Origin: Lingula anatina
Taxonomy: Eukaryota > Animalia > Brachiopoda
DNA: 64,000 nucleotides
Direction: 5' to 3'
Assembly: GCA_051362555.1 (NCBI GenBank)
Contig: CM120640.1
Span: forward strand, 53,422,788 to 53,486,787
The notes under the pieces are model-generated. The model was given only the letters and a program-made list of their open reading frames with translations. It was not told the origin of the DNA and did not search any database. The translations under genes were made by a program, and so were the position numbers. Below are positions 40,176 to 52,100 of the stretch, one piece after another; positions within the stretch are counted from its first letter, which is position 1, and every line of letters begins with the position of its first letter.

Positions 40176-43100
40176 AAAGCAGGTATAACAAGATAATATG
40201 TTTAACATACGAATGCTGTGCATAACACATAAATCAAACAACACTTTTACTTACTGTCACATTTTGGTTTTCGCGCGCTCCATCTTCCACGACCTTCACA
40301 CGTCAGAATACTGGCGCCGCTTAGACGATAGCCCGTGTCACACTGATATATGACGGAGTGACCAAACCTGAAGTCTGTCCCGGTCCTAGTGCCGCCGTTC
40401 AATAAACCCGGATCTCGGCAACTAATGACTGGATAATTGAATGAAAATTTGAAATCAGACCAAGATGGATTCTGTGCTGGACATACAGGAATAACAAAGC
40501 TCTTTTTATCCTGTTTCAGTATGAAAAGCTTTATTATTATTATTATTATTTTTTTTTTTTTTTATTAACATCAAAATTATAGTATGCCATTTCCAATGGT
40601 AAATATGAAAGCAAAGCAAAACTGTTCTATTGCATTACTTTCATGACTTACTTTCGCATTTTGGTACGTAATGACTCCATTCACCATTATCCTGACAAAT
40701 TCGAGAAGTTGGTCCTCGAAGACGGTAACCAGTTTGGCATGAGAATTTGACTCGAACATCATAAGAATGACTTGACAGTAGCGAACTCACGTCGCCATTT
40801 TCTGGCTTTCCAGGAAAACCGCAGCTGACAGCTAGAGAAAACATGAAACACTAAGAAGACGGAACTGCGTTTATAACGTACTTGCAATAGAGTTTCTTAT
40901 TTTGGGTTGATTTTCAACATGTGGTTGGGTTTTAAAGTTAATAATCGGCCATATGGATCTTAAGAGGTCTTAAGGGGCATTAAAAGCAGGATTAGCTTAC
41001 AGTAGTCGTTTTAGGTTAAATATAAATGCAAACAAATTTATAAACAGGTATCGGTTCTCCAAATAAAGCCTTGTACATCCCTTCCTATGCTTACACATTA
41101 AATACCTCAACGTAAATCTTATATAAACTTTTGATAAAATTAGGTCCCGCCCAACTTATATTAATAAAGTTATCAATACACCCGTGTTACATCAGGTGCC
41201 GGACAACGAATTTCTACCATTGTATCTTGCCATACCAGTGCCGCAACAGGTTCCGGCGAAACCAGGCGGACATGCGCAGGCAAATGGCCCGAGTGTTCCA
41301 CCATTTAGGCATTGTTGGTTGCATGACTGTTGCTCCTTTCTTTTTCCACTGCACGAAGCCAGCAGTTCAGCTCTATAGGCACCACACTGGCTTGGAACCA
41401 CAGGGCTGCGGGAGCGAACCCTGCTGCCAAGCAGAGCACATTGATGGGAGCAAGACGTCCACCCTGTCCAGCTTCCCCAACAGTTCTGGCGGCAATAGCT
41501 GTAACGTGTTTCATAAATGTCTACAACTTAATGCTGTCAAAAATGCTTTGCAACAATTACTGTGATACATTAATAAAAAGAAACGTTATGCACTATAGGT
41601 AAAGAGAGAGAGAGAAAGAGGAAGCAGTGACACATATAGAGTATAGACATCTTTGTTTGATAACAAACACCTCGATCTGTTTGAATCATTACAGCAATAA
41701 ATAAATAAATAAATAAAAATAAAATAAATAAAGTCAACATGAAGAGACAATGTATTACAAAAAATTGCTATAGTTTAAATATTCTATTTCCTGCAGTGAA
41801 AAAAGCGTAAATACCTGAATGATGAAGCGGAATCTATATGTTAATAAATGAAATTGCCAATTTGATTTTTTCTGGGAAACGTGATTGTAGCATCCGCTTC
41901 GTAGGCTATGTTTATAGTCAAGCTAAAAACTAAAATTAAATAGGATGCATTTTTCTTTCTTGAATAATTGAATGTATATAAAAAAGGGCTCTAGAACAAA
42001 TGTTGCACAGCTCATAATGTTACGGCTCCCCTTGCACTTACTTGTGTAGTCTGTCTTTTCTTGCACTTTCATCTCTTCTCTCGTTACTTTCTTTATTGTT
42101 TTCGCCTGTAATTAATGGAATGAAAAACCATCCTCTCCGTTTAACCCTTGAACGAGCAACGAGGAATGACTTGGCACTGTCTTCGCTGAAGCTCAGGTCG
42201 TAGATTTCAGCATGTTCCTGCCTGGTGCTTGCGAGATATAATGCAAAGTTCAACTTAACAGATATTTTGCTTGTTACAGTAAGTATGACCGGAGCATGCG
42301 AAATGACTTCTCAAAATAACCCATCAAAGTGAATTTTGGGAATGTTTCGATACATTTCTTCCATTTTTTTCATAAACAAGCATTCATACGTTTTATGATT
42401 TATCGATATTTAATTTGGAATTAATTTCATCTATTATTTATATTTGTTGCCAACATGAGCTTTTTTTCAATTTTGATGATTTACAATTTTAATATCTCGT
42501 AAAGTTTAAATGTTGAACGAGTTTTGTAGGGTATGGGGACGGAAAGTAGAAGGAAAAAGATGTGAACGTTGGGGCGTATAGGAGGGGAGAGTGACGTCGA
42601 TAGATTATAAGCAGATATGCGTGTCTGTCATATTACTTTGCTTTGATGTAATTTGCTACAAGACTAGATTTCAAGTAACAAACTATTTATGTATTTTGAA
42701 CTATTTACAATAGCTTAATTGATGTATTCTTTATGGTAGATTGTCTAATTACAAGAATGAAACTGGTAACAATATTGAAAGCGGCTACCCTCTCTGTCCG
42801 AGCTGGACACAACCCACACAGGGCAAGAATACAGAGTGGATTCCTGGTACAGTTCTTGCAGCTGGTAGGTATGCACGTCAGTTTAGCGACTGCCAATGGA
42901 CAGAAAGAGGGGAAAAACTAGGGACCACAACAACACGTACTGAGCTGTCAGTAAACTTATCAGGATAGAAGGTCATCAAAGGCGCAAATTTATATACTAT
43001 TGTATGCAATCGGAGGACCTTGCATAACATATTTTTCATAACAAAATTGATGACAGGACCCAGACGATGAAAATAAAAAACAATAAGTTAATTTGGAAGC

Positions 43101-43238
43101 ACTGCATTTGGAAAAATTAATATGAATTGATATCCATTAATAATTTAGTAATTCAACTTGCCTTGTTTGATCGCAAATCACCAATACGCCAAAACTTAAT
43201 AGCACCATAGCCATTGAGCCCACCAATGCGTCCGCCAT
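35772..43238 (-). CDS. Paralogue 4: signal, propeptide [18 protein letters not shown]1-EGF-CCP5-GCC-CCP-GCC-cbEGF-atypical CCP-SEA-like(RRKR)
   Basis: Exons 43162-43238 ([27 protein letters not shown] donor), 42042-42185, 41236-41498 (TSP1+EGF), CCPs 40652-40831, 40255-40428, 39949-40122, 39542-39724, 38952-39125, GCC 38505-38660, CCP 38087-38263, GCC 37757-37900, cbEGF 37379-37507, atypical CCP 36965-37174, SEA-like 36031-36624, tentative last exon 35772-35785 (VHRP*). Confidence 0.87.
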
Positions 43239-43528
43239 GATTTTCTGTCAATTAGACTAAACACGAATGCCTAAAAAAATATCTAGGACAGTTGTGAAAA
43301 ATATCAGCGCCGTGTCAGAAGATCCGGTTTAGACACACTTATAGCGAAGGCGGTTAAAATGACTATTCAAAGCCAAACATCACAGGTTCCAAGAATTACG
43401 GAAGTAGCAGTCACGAGCCTGCATTAAACGGTTGAACACTCAATCAGCTGGGCGGATACAAAATTAATGTAAACACAGAGGAGCGATAAGAGCTGAATTA
43501 GATGTACAAGGACTGAGTCCGAGACAAT
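43239..43528. promoter_or_regulatory. Putative bidirectional promoter between head-to-head paralogues 4 and 5
   Basis: Only 290 bp separate the two inferred start codons. The interval contains CGGAAGT (ETS-like), CAGCTG and GATAAG motifs, whose significance is untested. Confidence 0.55.
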
Positions 43529-46500
43529 ATGGCTTTCATCCGAGGTGCAGTTTTGCTGAGTTTCATCTTATTTTTTGTATTTTCGAATTGGACTTACTGC
43601 GAGGATCAGGGTTTAGTCAGGTATGTACAGGGGGTTTGACGAGTAAGAATTCCTAGGGTTTAAATGCGCTTTTTGATTTATCAAATTCTAAGATTGACGA
43701 AAGGTCGATTCATCCACCATTGATATTGTTTTTGCTGTGATTAAGATGAGAGAAAAGTGTCAGAACTCAAATACTGCAACCATGTTGGCTGTACACAATA
43801 TACGTGTTTATACCATGTACATGCAAGGCGAGTTTTTGGTGAATAACAGGGGCGTAACCAGACCTTTTAAAATTGTACGCACAGAATTTCAAAATTCCCA
43901 GGTATAGCTAAATGTAGATCGACTTACGCAAAAGATGAAGGGCAGTTTAAATTATATGTGCCAAATATAATAGCTTAGTTTTCGCCGTTTATAAAACCAT
44001 TACTTAAAGTTTAAAATATTCCCACAGTATAATTAAGTTCCAGTAAATTATTTCACCCAGAACCAACGCTTTTTCCGGCATTGGGGTGCAGGCCGTCCAT
44101 AATTGCCATCTGTATCTTACTTCAAAATTTCAGGGCCTCAAACTTTTCCAAAAGCCGTGAGCGGGGGTGGGGGTGGGGTACAAATTAATGGAGTCTTTTT
44201 TAATAATAAATTTCATTGGGAAAGAGGGTTAAAAATAATTGATACCGATCTCCCGTCACGCTCTTCCACGAAAGACCGCCCTTGTATGAATATAAAAATT
44301 GCCTTCTCGTCTCGCTCGGATCGCGAGCTGACAATCTTCTGCGAACGAAGTCCATTGAACGAATGTGAAAATCGCTTTCTCTTTTCGCTCAGATCACGCT
44401 CGATCTCCCGCTGAAGATACGAAAATTGGCTTCTTGTCTCGCTGCGGTCGGTAACTATCTCTTGTTCCCGATCCTCGGTTAACGAAGTCTCTTGAACAAA
44501 TATGAAAATTGCCTTCTAGTCTGTTTCGGATTGCGAAGAATCTCTCGCCGAAGATATAAAAATTGCCTTTCTTATGTATTAGCTTTGTCAGATGCCATAC
44601 GTATAAAGATCCGAAAGGTGTCCCCTTTCATAATTTGGCGGCAAGTTAGGTCATATTTCATTTAGGGCCTACACGTGTTTTGTACCGAATGTAGATCATT
44701 CTTGTCACTTCTGCATTATGTATTTTAAAGTTAATGGAAACATTTTATTGTGTTTTGTAAGCTTTAGGTAGTAGTTACGTCGTGACTGAAAAACACCGTG
44801 CACTAGAAAGAAGTTTAATATTCATACGTCAAATTACTGCAATGGATTTTCATACGACGTCCACAGCTGTCCCGACAAGTTAAGACTTTTTTAATCAGCT
44901 GCCATCCAATTGGCAGCTGGAGGACTCGCTGAAAAAAGCCTTGCTTAGAATGGTATATTTATTGAACTAGGGGTTTACTGACACAAACTATGAAAACATA
45001 TGCAAATTATGCCCGCTTGTATCAAGCTAAATTCTAAATAACGGTGAGGCACCTTTGTTCGATGTGGTTTGTTGCGGTTATCCCGAGTTGTCAGAAAATA
45101 ATCTTAAGAACAGTTGATCGTTGTAGGATTCTTACACCTTCTTGCTATATTATTCGTCATGTCCATGGTCAGCTTAAAGATGAATCTTCTAAAAGTTGAA
45201 CTTATATATGGTATCATCCAAAATCAACCAATTATATTACAGGATAAAGCTCTGTTTGTTTGTGAAAATTGCCCATATCACCCTGTTAGTTTAGAGGGTT
45301 AAGCTGGGTCAAGTCCGTGTCAAAATTCTTTACAGTTTTGCAGGAAATATTTTTTTTTGTTTCTCTGGCTCCTTATAAAGCCCGTTGTCCAGATTTTATC
45401 TAGTGTCCTCAGGTCTGCTGGAGCTGCTGTTTGAAAATAACACAGGTAGATTTTTATCTGAGATAAATATCGCCATCGAGTGTGCATTCGACACACTTAA
45501 GACAAAGGCTACCTGAGAGTTGAAGGGCATTCAAACTTCCAATTAAGAGGTAAAGGAAGTTCCAGCTGGATGGACGATTAAGACAGGACTTCTGGAGGTA
45601 GCTAGTATTGTTTATTAACCTCAGTTCTGTGAAAGCAAACGAGACGGGGGGCGTCAGAACAATGGTGCGTATACGATTCATACAGAAGATTTGTACATTC
45701 AGGTGACTCTAACTTCCAATCGAAGAGGATTTTTCGTGAAAATACACTAAATTTATAGAGAATAATATCATGATTGGCTCAAAAAATTGTACGCACAGTG
45801 CATCCGTGCGTATGCCTAGTTACGCCCATGAATAAAGACACATGCACATTTTCCCTCGGCAAATTACATCTTTCTCCCTTGCACATGCCGGTATAAACAT
45901 AATATAACAGTAAACAGTATATATCCAAATATGAATGGTTACAATATAGTAAAAAATATTTTTATTTATATATTTTCATTTAAAATCGCTTCAGGTCAAA
46001 AGACAAAGAAGTCTCTGATAATGATGTGTTGGATTGGAAATTCTTTCTAAGTAACATCAGGCACCGCAGAGACCTCGGCGGACCACTGGTCATTGATCAC
46101 AGATCCCGCTTACGGCCTGTCGGTCTTGGACGAAGTAACAGCCTCCCCAATCTAGGTCATCCTTCGGGTCCATCTGGCCGTTCTCGATCAGCCAGTTTGC
46201 CATCAATTTCTTCGGGGTTATCTAGTAGTTCTCGATCGTCCAGTTTGTCTTCAATTTCTTCGGGAGGATCTAGTCGTTCTCGATCGTCGAGTTTATCTTC
46301 GATATCTTCGAGTGCATCATCTCGTTCTCGTTCTTCCTCGCTGCCTTCGTCCGGGGGCACCGACGCGTGGGGCAAGGCTGGAGCTATAGCCACGGGATTG
46401 GCTGTCGTGTCTGGTATTGCCCAAATAGGAGTTGGAATTGCAGGTAATCTTTTATTTATTTATTTATTTATTTATTATTTGCTTTATTGTCTTTTAATCC

Positions 46501-49108
46501 TTGTTTTCGTTTTTTCATTTTTTGTGTGTCTACTTATTTATTTATTGTTGACCGTTTTAATGTTTATTCCACGTGTTTTTTATTGTGCTCTGTTTGTCTC
46601 CATATTCCCCTGTTTCTTTATTATAAAGTTATCGAACTATGTCGGATGGAAGTGTAAATCTACCTATCTCTTTTTCATATGAAGCACAAAAGGTTTGCGG
46701 TTACGCTTAAGGTTATATACCAACGTTGGTCCGTTGGTATATACACTAGAAATAAAATTTGATATAAAAGCGGCCATTTATTTGAATGTTATTGCTCGGT
46801 GTATTCTAAGTTGATACATTATTTACCTAATTACTGAAGTTGAACTGCAATTTTCAATTCACGCAAATATGGATTTGCAGGTATAGTATATTATTGTTTG
46901 CATAATCGTTTCGAGGTTGCTGATTCTACATGAACAACTGGAGTTTTTTTTTCTTTTTTCCAATTTGGTAAAAGCTTGATATCATACATGAGAGCTATAA
47001 ATATTATCAGTCTTTAATTTGGATTTAAGCTGTGCAGATTTGAACGGAAACTATGTGCAAATGCGTGTCGATTTTTCTGCTTTTGTCTGTAGACCTACAT
47101 GTACTACCACTGTCATTCGTTGCAATAGCATTTGTTCCACATATTCACGTTCAATTTTTTTTTCTTTTATCTCAGTGCTAGAGTAAAGATTTGATTTTTG
47201 TTTAGGTATCGTTGAGAGTAAGAGACAGGCTGAACTGGCAGAGAAAAGATTTGAGAAGGAGTTTGCCCTTACAATTGAACAAATGTGCGAGAAAGTATGT
47301 GTCTCTCCGTGGACACAGTGGAGCCGGTGCACGGCAAGGTAATAATTCCAAGTAGATTTCGTTATTTTAATTAGAGAGAGGGGGGAGGGGGTGCCCAATA
47401 AGAATCCCACTTTAACCCTCTCGTTAAATGGCACTTTATGTATTGGAATTATTTATTCAAGCATTTTGGTACATATCCTATACCATTAAGATTGCATAGA
47501 CGGGAATACAATTCTATTTAGACAGACAAGTATCTGAAAGTGAACGATTAAATGACGACAGAATGAGCGCTTTATCATTTTTGGGGTTACCGTGAGTGAA
47601 ATAACGGCCAATGTCGGAGCCGATAAGCATGCCATGTAGTGAAGATGCCCATAGAAACTGGGGGTCAGAGCTATTTTGGCTAACAATGTTTTATAGATTC
47701 AAGAAAGATATTCAACCTGCGTGCAAACGAAAAATTACAATACAAACGGAGAGAACAAGCGCAATAACATTTTAAAAACTCGGATAATGATGTTGTGACA
47801 TTGTTAAAAAATACAGCTAGTTTATTTACAGATGTGGTGGGGGGATGCAGCACAGAACACGAAAATATATACCACTGCCAAAGAGATGTAAAGAACTCAG
47901 TGAATTTACCTGCACACAGCACACATCTGAGCAACTCCGCTGTAATGAAGAGTGCCCGAACGGCGGGGTGCCAAACGGCCAAGGGAACTGCACATGTCCG
48001 ACGGGGATCGGAGGGAAATGCTGTTCTAACGGTATGCCAAGTTCAATGTTTTGAGATATCTGATTACTGACAGAATATAAACTGCATTTTGCTTCATGTA
48101 TGTTTGCTCTTGTACAGAAGTAAGTTTTTCTTGCACTGCGGACGTATCGAACTGCCCAGTGAAATAGAATTGACTGATTTTTCAATCCCATTTACTGAAA
48201 TCTGTAAACGATATAAAATTGATTTTATATTGTTACAATTAAGCCTAGAGTTGAAAAAAAAAACATTGCAAAGATCTTCGTTTTGATTTGATTTATTATC
48301 ATTAAAGCGCACACTGTCATTTTCGAGCACAGTCACCGATGTCGTGAAGCTTAAACTTATACCTCGTTGAGCATATTACATATTTGCCTTTTAGGCCTAC
48401 TTGTCCAGTTCTAGACTCTTCTGTCTTCTACCGGTGCCACCAATGAATGAAGCATATCTCAAGTCAGATCTGTTTATTTAGGCTGGTCATTTTTTTTATC
48501 TTAACCGAACCGAGGATTTAAACCTTTCAGATGTGACATGCAGTTACCCGGGTAAACCCAGAAATGGAGAAGTTCGTGGCACTTGGCCCGCCATTTACAA
48601 CAGTATTGTTACTTATTCCTGTGACGAGGGGTATTCCTTAAATGGAGAAGAGGTCCTCTTCTGTAAAAAGAGAGGCACTTGGAGTAGCAAGACCCCAACT
48701 TGCGAAAGTAAGTTTTCTGCCTGCATACTATATCGCCATTTCGACTTTGTTGGTGAAAATAACCAATTAGTTTGCCGACCTACAAGTGGGCGTTTGAAGA
48801 TAATGTGACCTTATGTTCCTCATCGTATTACTCATACAGAAATTGCTTTTCATATAATAAAATAAGATATTTTATAGTAACGCATCGGTGATATATTTTT
48901 CTTAACCAGGAATAAAATGTGCCAAACCTGTTATCTCTGATGGCGTCCGTCTATTGAATCCAATGGATGAATATGTCTTCGGCGAACAGATTGCTCACAT
49001 GTGTGAAGACGGCTACCAGCTGATAGGACCCGAGTTTAGGACCTGTATGGCATTTGACGGAAACTCAGGGAGGTTTTCAGGATTCAGTCCTTTTTGTGAT
49101 AGTGAGTT

Positions 49109-49144
<36 letters not shown>

Positions 49145-52100
49145 CTCTAATGATTTTCACCTAGGAGCCAATATTGGACACAAGCTTTCACGCAGTTTAA
49201 GGCTTCATTCACATGCAATGTCTATTTTCTAAATTCTATTTTCTATTTGCGGTATGTCTTATGATCTCGGTCTGTGCCCTGAATATCCCGCGGCGTAATT
49301 ACTGGCAGCGCGAGCCAGTTACTCTAAGTTACTATAAGTAACTGGCTCGCGCTGCCAGTAATTACGCGGCGGGATATTCAGGGCACAGACCGTGATCATA
49401 AGACATACCGCGAATAGAAAATAGAATTTAGAAAATAGACATTGCATGTGAACGAAGCCTAAGTCAGTAAGTCAATTATTTAGTAAATGAATCTTTGAAT
49501 AGTTTGATCGGGTTGAAAAAATAGAGAAAGTGCATTTTCACGTTTTAGAGGATTTGCTATCAAAGGTTTTGTTTGAGGATAGCTTAGTTGTTGCACTGTA
49601 GATTGTAAAGTGTAATATTAAAATAACTGTTTTAAAATCGCTAAGGCTTTCAGAATCTTTTTTAGTTTCTTTGACATAAATCTAAATATGCTCCAACTTT
49701 TTTCAATTACAAAACTAAATCTTGGTAACACAATACCTACATCTTTGTTTAGAAATCAGTTGCGGAGAGCCAGGTACTCCGAGGTTTGGAGAACTCAGTG
49801 GAACCAAGTTCAAGTACAATGATGTGGTGACCTACAACTGTACGAGAGGCTACAGACTAGAGGGCCCTCAAAGACGACGATGTACACTCAACAAACAGTG
49901 GACAGGACGGGAACCCACTTGCGTCAGTATGTATCAACTCAAAATATTCAATATGAAATACATATATTTTATATGTATTTCATATATATGACTATTTAAA
50001 AAAATATCTTTTGTCAAGATCATGTTGTTGAAAGTGTGATTTATCTCCACAGATTTATCTTCATACGTTTGATGTCTGATAGGGATAACCTTATGCTGGT
50101 TATGTAATGGTTCCTTTCAAAATGTACCCATGACTTTTTTTAAAGAAATCACGTGCGCAGAGCCAAGGGATCCAAAGCATGGGCAGTATGTAGGAAAACG
50201 GTCAACTTTTCCATTTGCATCTACGGTAAGCTATCGCTGCGATCCAGGCTACAATTTGAAGGGGTCAGCAATTGCCCGGTGTACTGAAAGTGGAGAATGG
50301 GACGTGCCCGAGCCGGAATGTCAAGGTACATGTACTTCAATGCGATACATCTGCTATCATTGCCATTTTTTGTGAAAAGAGTACTATTAGGAAAGAACAA
50401 ATTGGACCAGCATCACAAAACGCCCGTAGTAAAGATCATGTACTTCAGTCAGTTTCATTTTGAACTGCTCTCTCTATCTATACATAAAGAACTTTAGTGA
50501 TGCAAAATTATCTGTTTGAAAAAAAACTGCCAACATATATGTAAGACTGTGAAGATACCCAGACGTAACATTCCTGTTTCGTTATTTCGGGGAGGCTTAT
50601 AAATTCATATCCGGCTATCATTATGACATTTAAAACCAATTTTTAACACATTAAAGTATGAAATGATATATCCTTACCTAACCATTTATTTAAATTATTG
50701 TTTTTCTTTTTATCAAGAGCTTATAAAATATGTAGGTTTTACCTCCAATATTTCTGTGACTGTCAGTCACCATCATCAGGGAGTAAATGACTAGGGTCAT
50801 TTCAATTAAAATAATTTAAATTGATACATACAGAGCTAATGAAACTCTTCTCTCACTAACCATTTATGTTGCTTGATGTTAGCTGCAATGTGTGGACCAC
50901 CCCAAACGCCTTTAAATGGGACAAAGGACGGCAGTGTTTTTTACTATCCCCACAACGTGACTTTTACCTGTTTTAATGGCTACCGTCTCCGGGGTCCCAA
51001 AAGGATAACGTGTCTAGCCAGCGGTGCATGGAGTGCAAATAGCCCCACTTGTGAAGGTCGGTGCCCTTTATACACATTACAATAAAGTTAAATTAATCGT
51101 GTTGTTGATTGTCGAGGTACTTCGATTCTCATTGTTTAAACGATTTTTAAAATTTAAACGCAAATTTAGGATCTTTGCAGTTTTCTTTTTGTTTTACTGT
51201 TTTCCGCAGTCAGAAACAGTTTCGTGTGTAACGTGTAGAAATTATTATACCGAATTATACTGCGATGTAATTACCGGTATCTATCACTTTATTTGTGTAT
51301 GCGACTATATTTTTCAGCGTGTCCGAAGAACACTTACATGGGACAAGATGACTGCGCCCCTTGCCCGCCCAATACGCACACTGTGACCGAAGCCAGCACA
51401 AGTCTCCAACAGTGTATTTGTGACAGAGGGTATACAGGACCGCCTGGTGGACCTTGCCAAGGTTACATTTTAGAGAAATTAAATTATAGCATTTAATTCA
51501 TTTAAAATATTCAGCCGCAATGCGTTCTAGTTTTCGATCTACATGTACATATGGCAATCTATTTTTTCTCAGCAGCAATTTCCAGGTGTTTTAGCGATTC
51601 ATTGATGATTATTCTTTTTGCATTTATTAGCTGTTTGTAAAAGCTTCGCTATTTGTTCATTTATTATTCATCAGTCGATATATCTATATATTCATTAATT
51701 TAACCATTTATTCAGTTTATTGCTCATCCTTTCATTTCTTCAGTAGTTCTCTATCTTTTCATTCAGAAATCCTATGTCCCGTTCTGACAGCACCCAAGAA
51801 TGGTAGCATGGCACCGTGCGGAAATCGATTGGGAGCTCAGTGCATATTCCAGTGCAAAGAAGGTTTTATCTTGTATAAAGGGACATCACAGAGAACGTGC
51901 CAGGACAACGGTGAATGGGATGGAAAACAACCTGCTTGTTCGCGTGAGTAATATGTTCATGTCAGTAGAGCCAACATCTTTTATGCAGCTTGAAGTCAGT
52001 AGGCTTATAAAGAAAACTACTAACTTCCTTCAAACTGAAACTGTCGACACAATAGTAATTTGACGTTTATCTTATGTCCTACAGCTTGCCTAGAGAACAC

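Noticed and set aside
42741-42968. ORF with WIPGTV resembling a Gypsy integrase C-terminus
   Set aside because: The similarity is limited to a few residues, and no LTR or other pol motifs are visible.
46444-46682. Very hydrophobic C-terminal part of ORF 46026-46682 as multi-pass TM segments
   Set aside because: It lies after the donor CAG|GTAATC at 46443 and is T-rich intron read-through. The homologous junction exists in paralogue 6.
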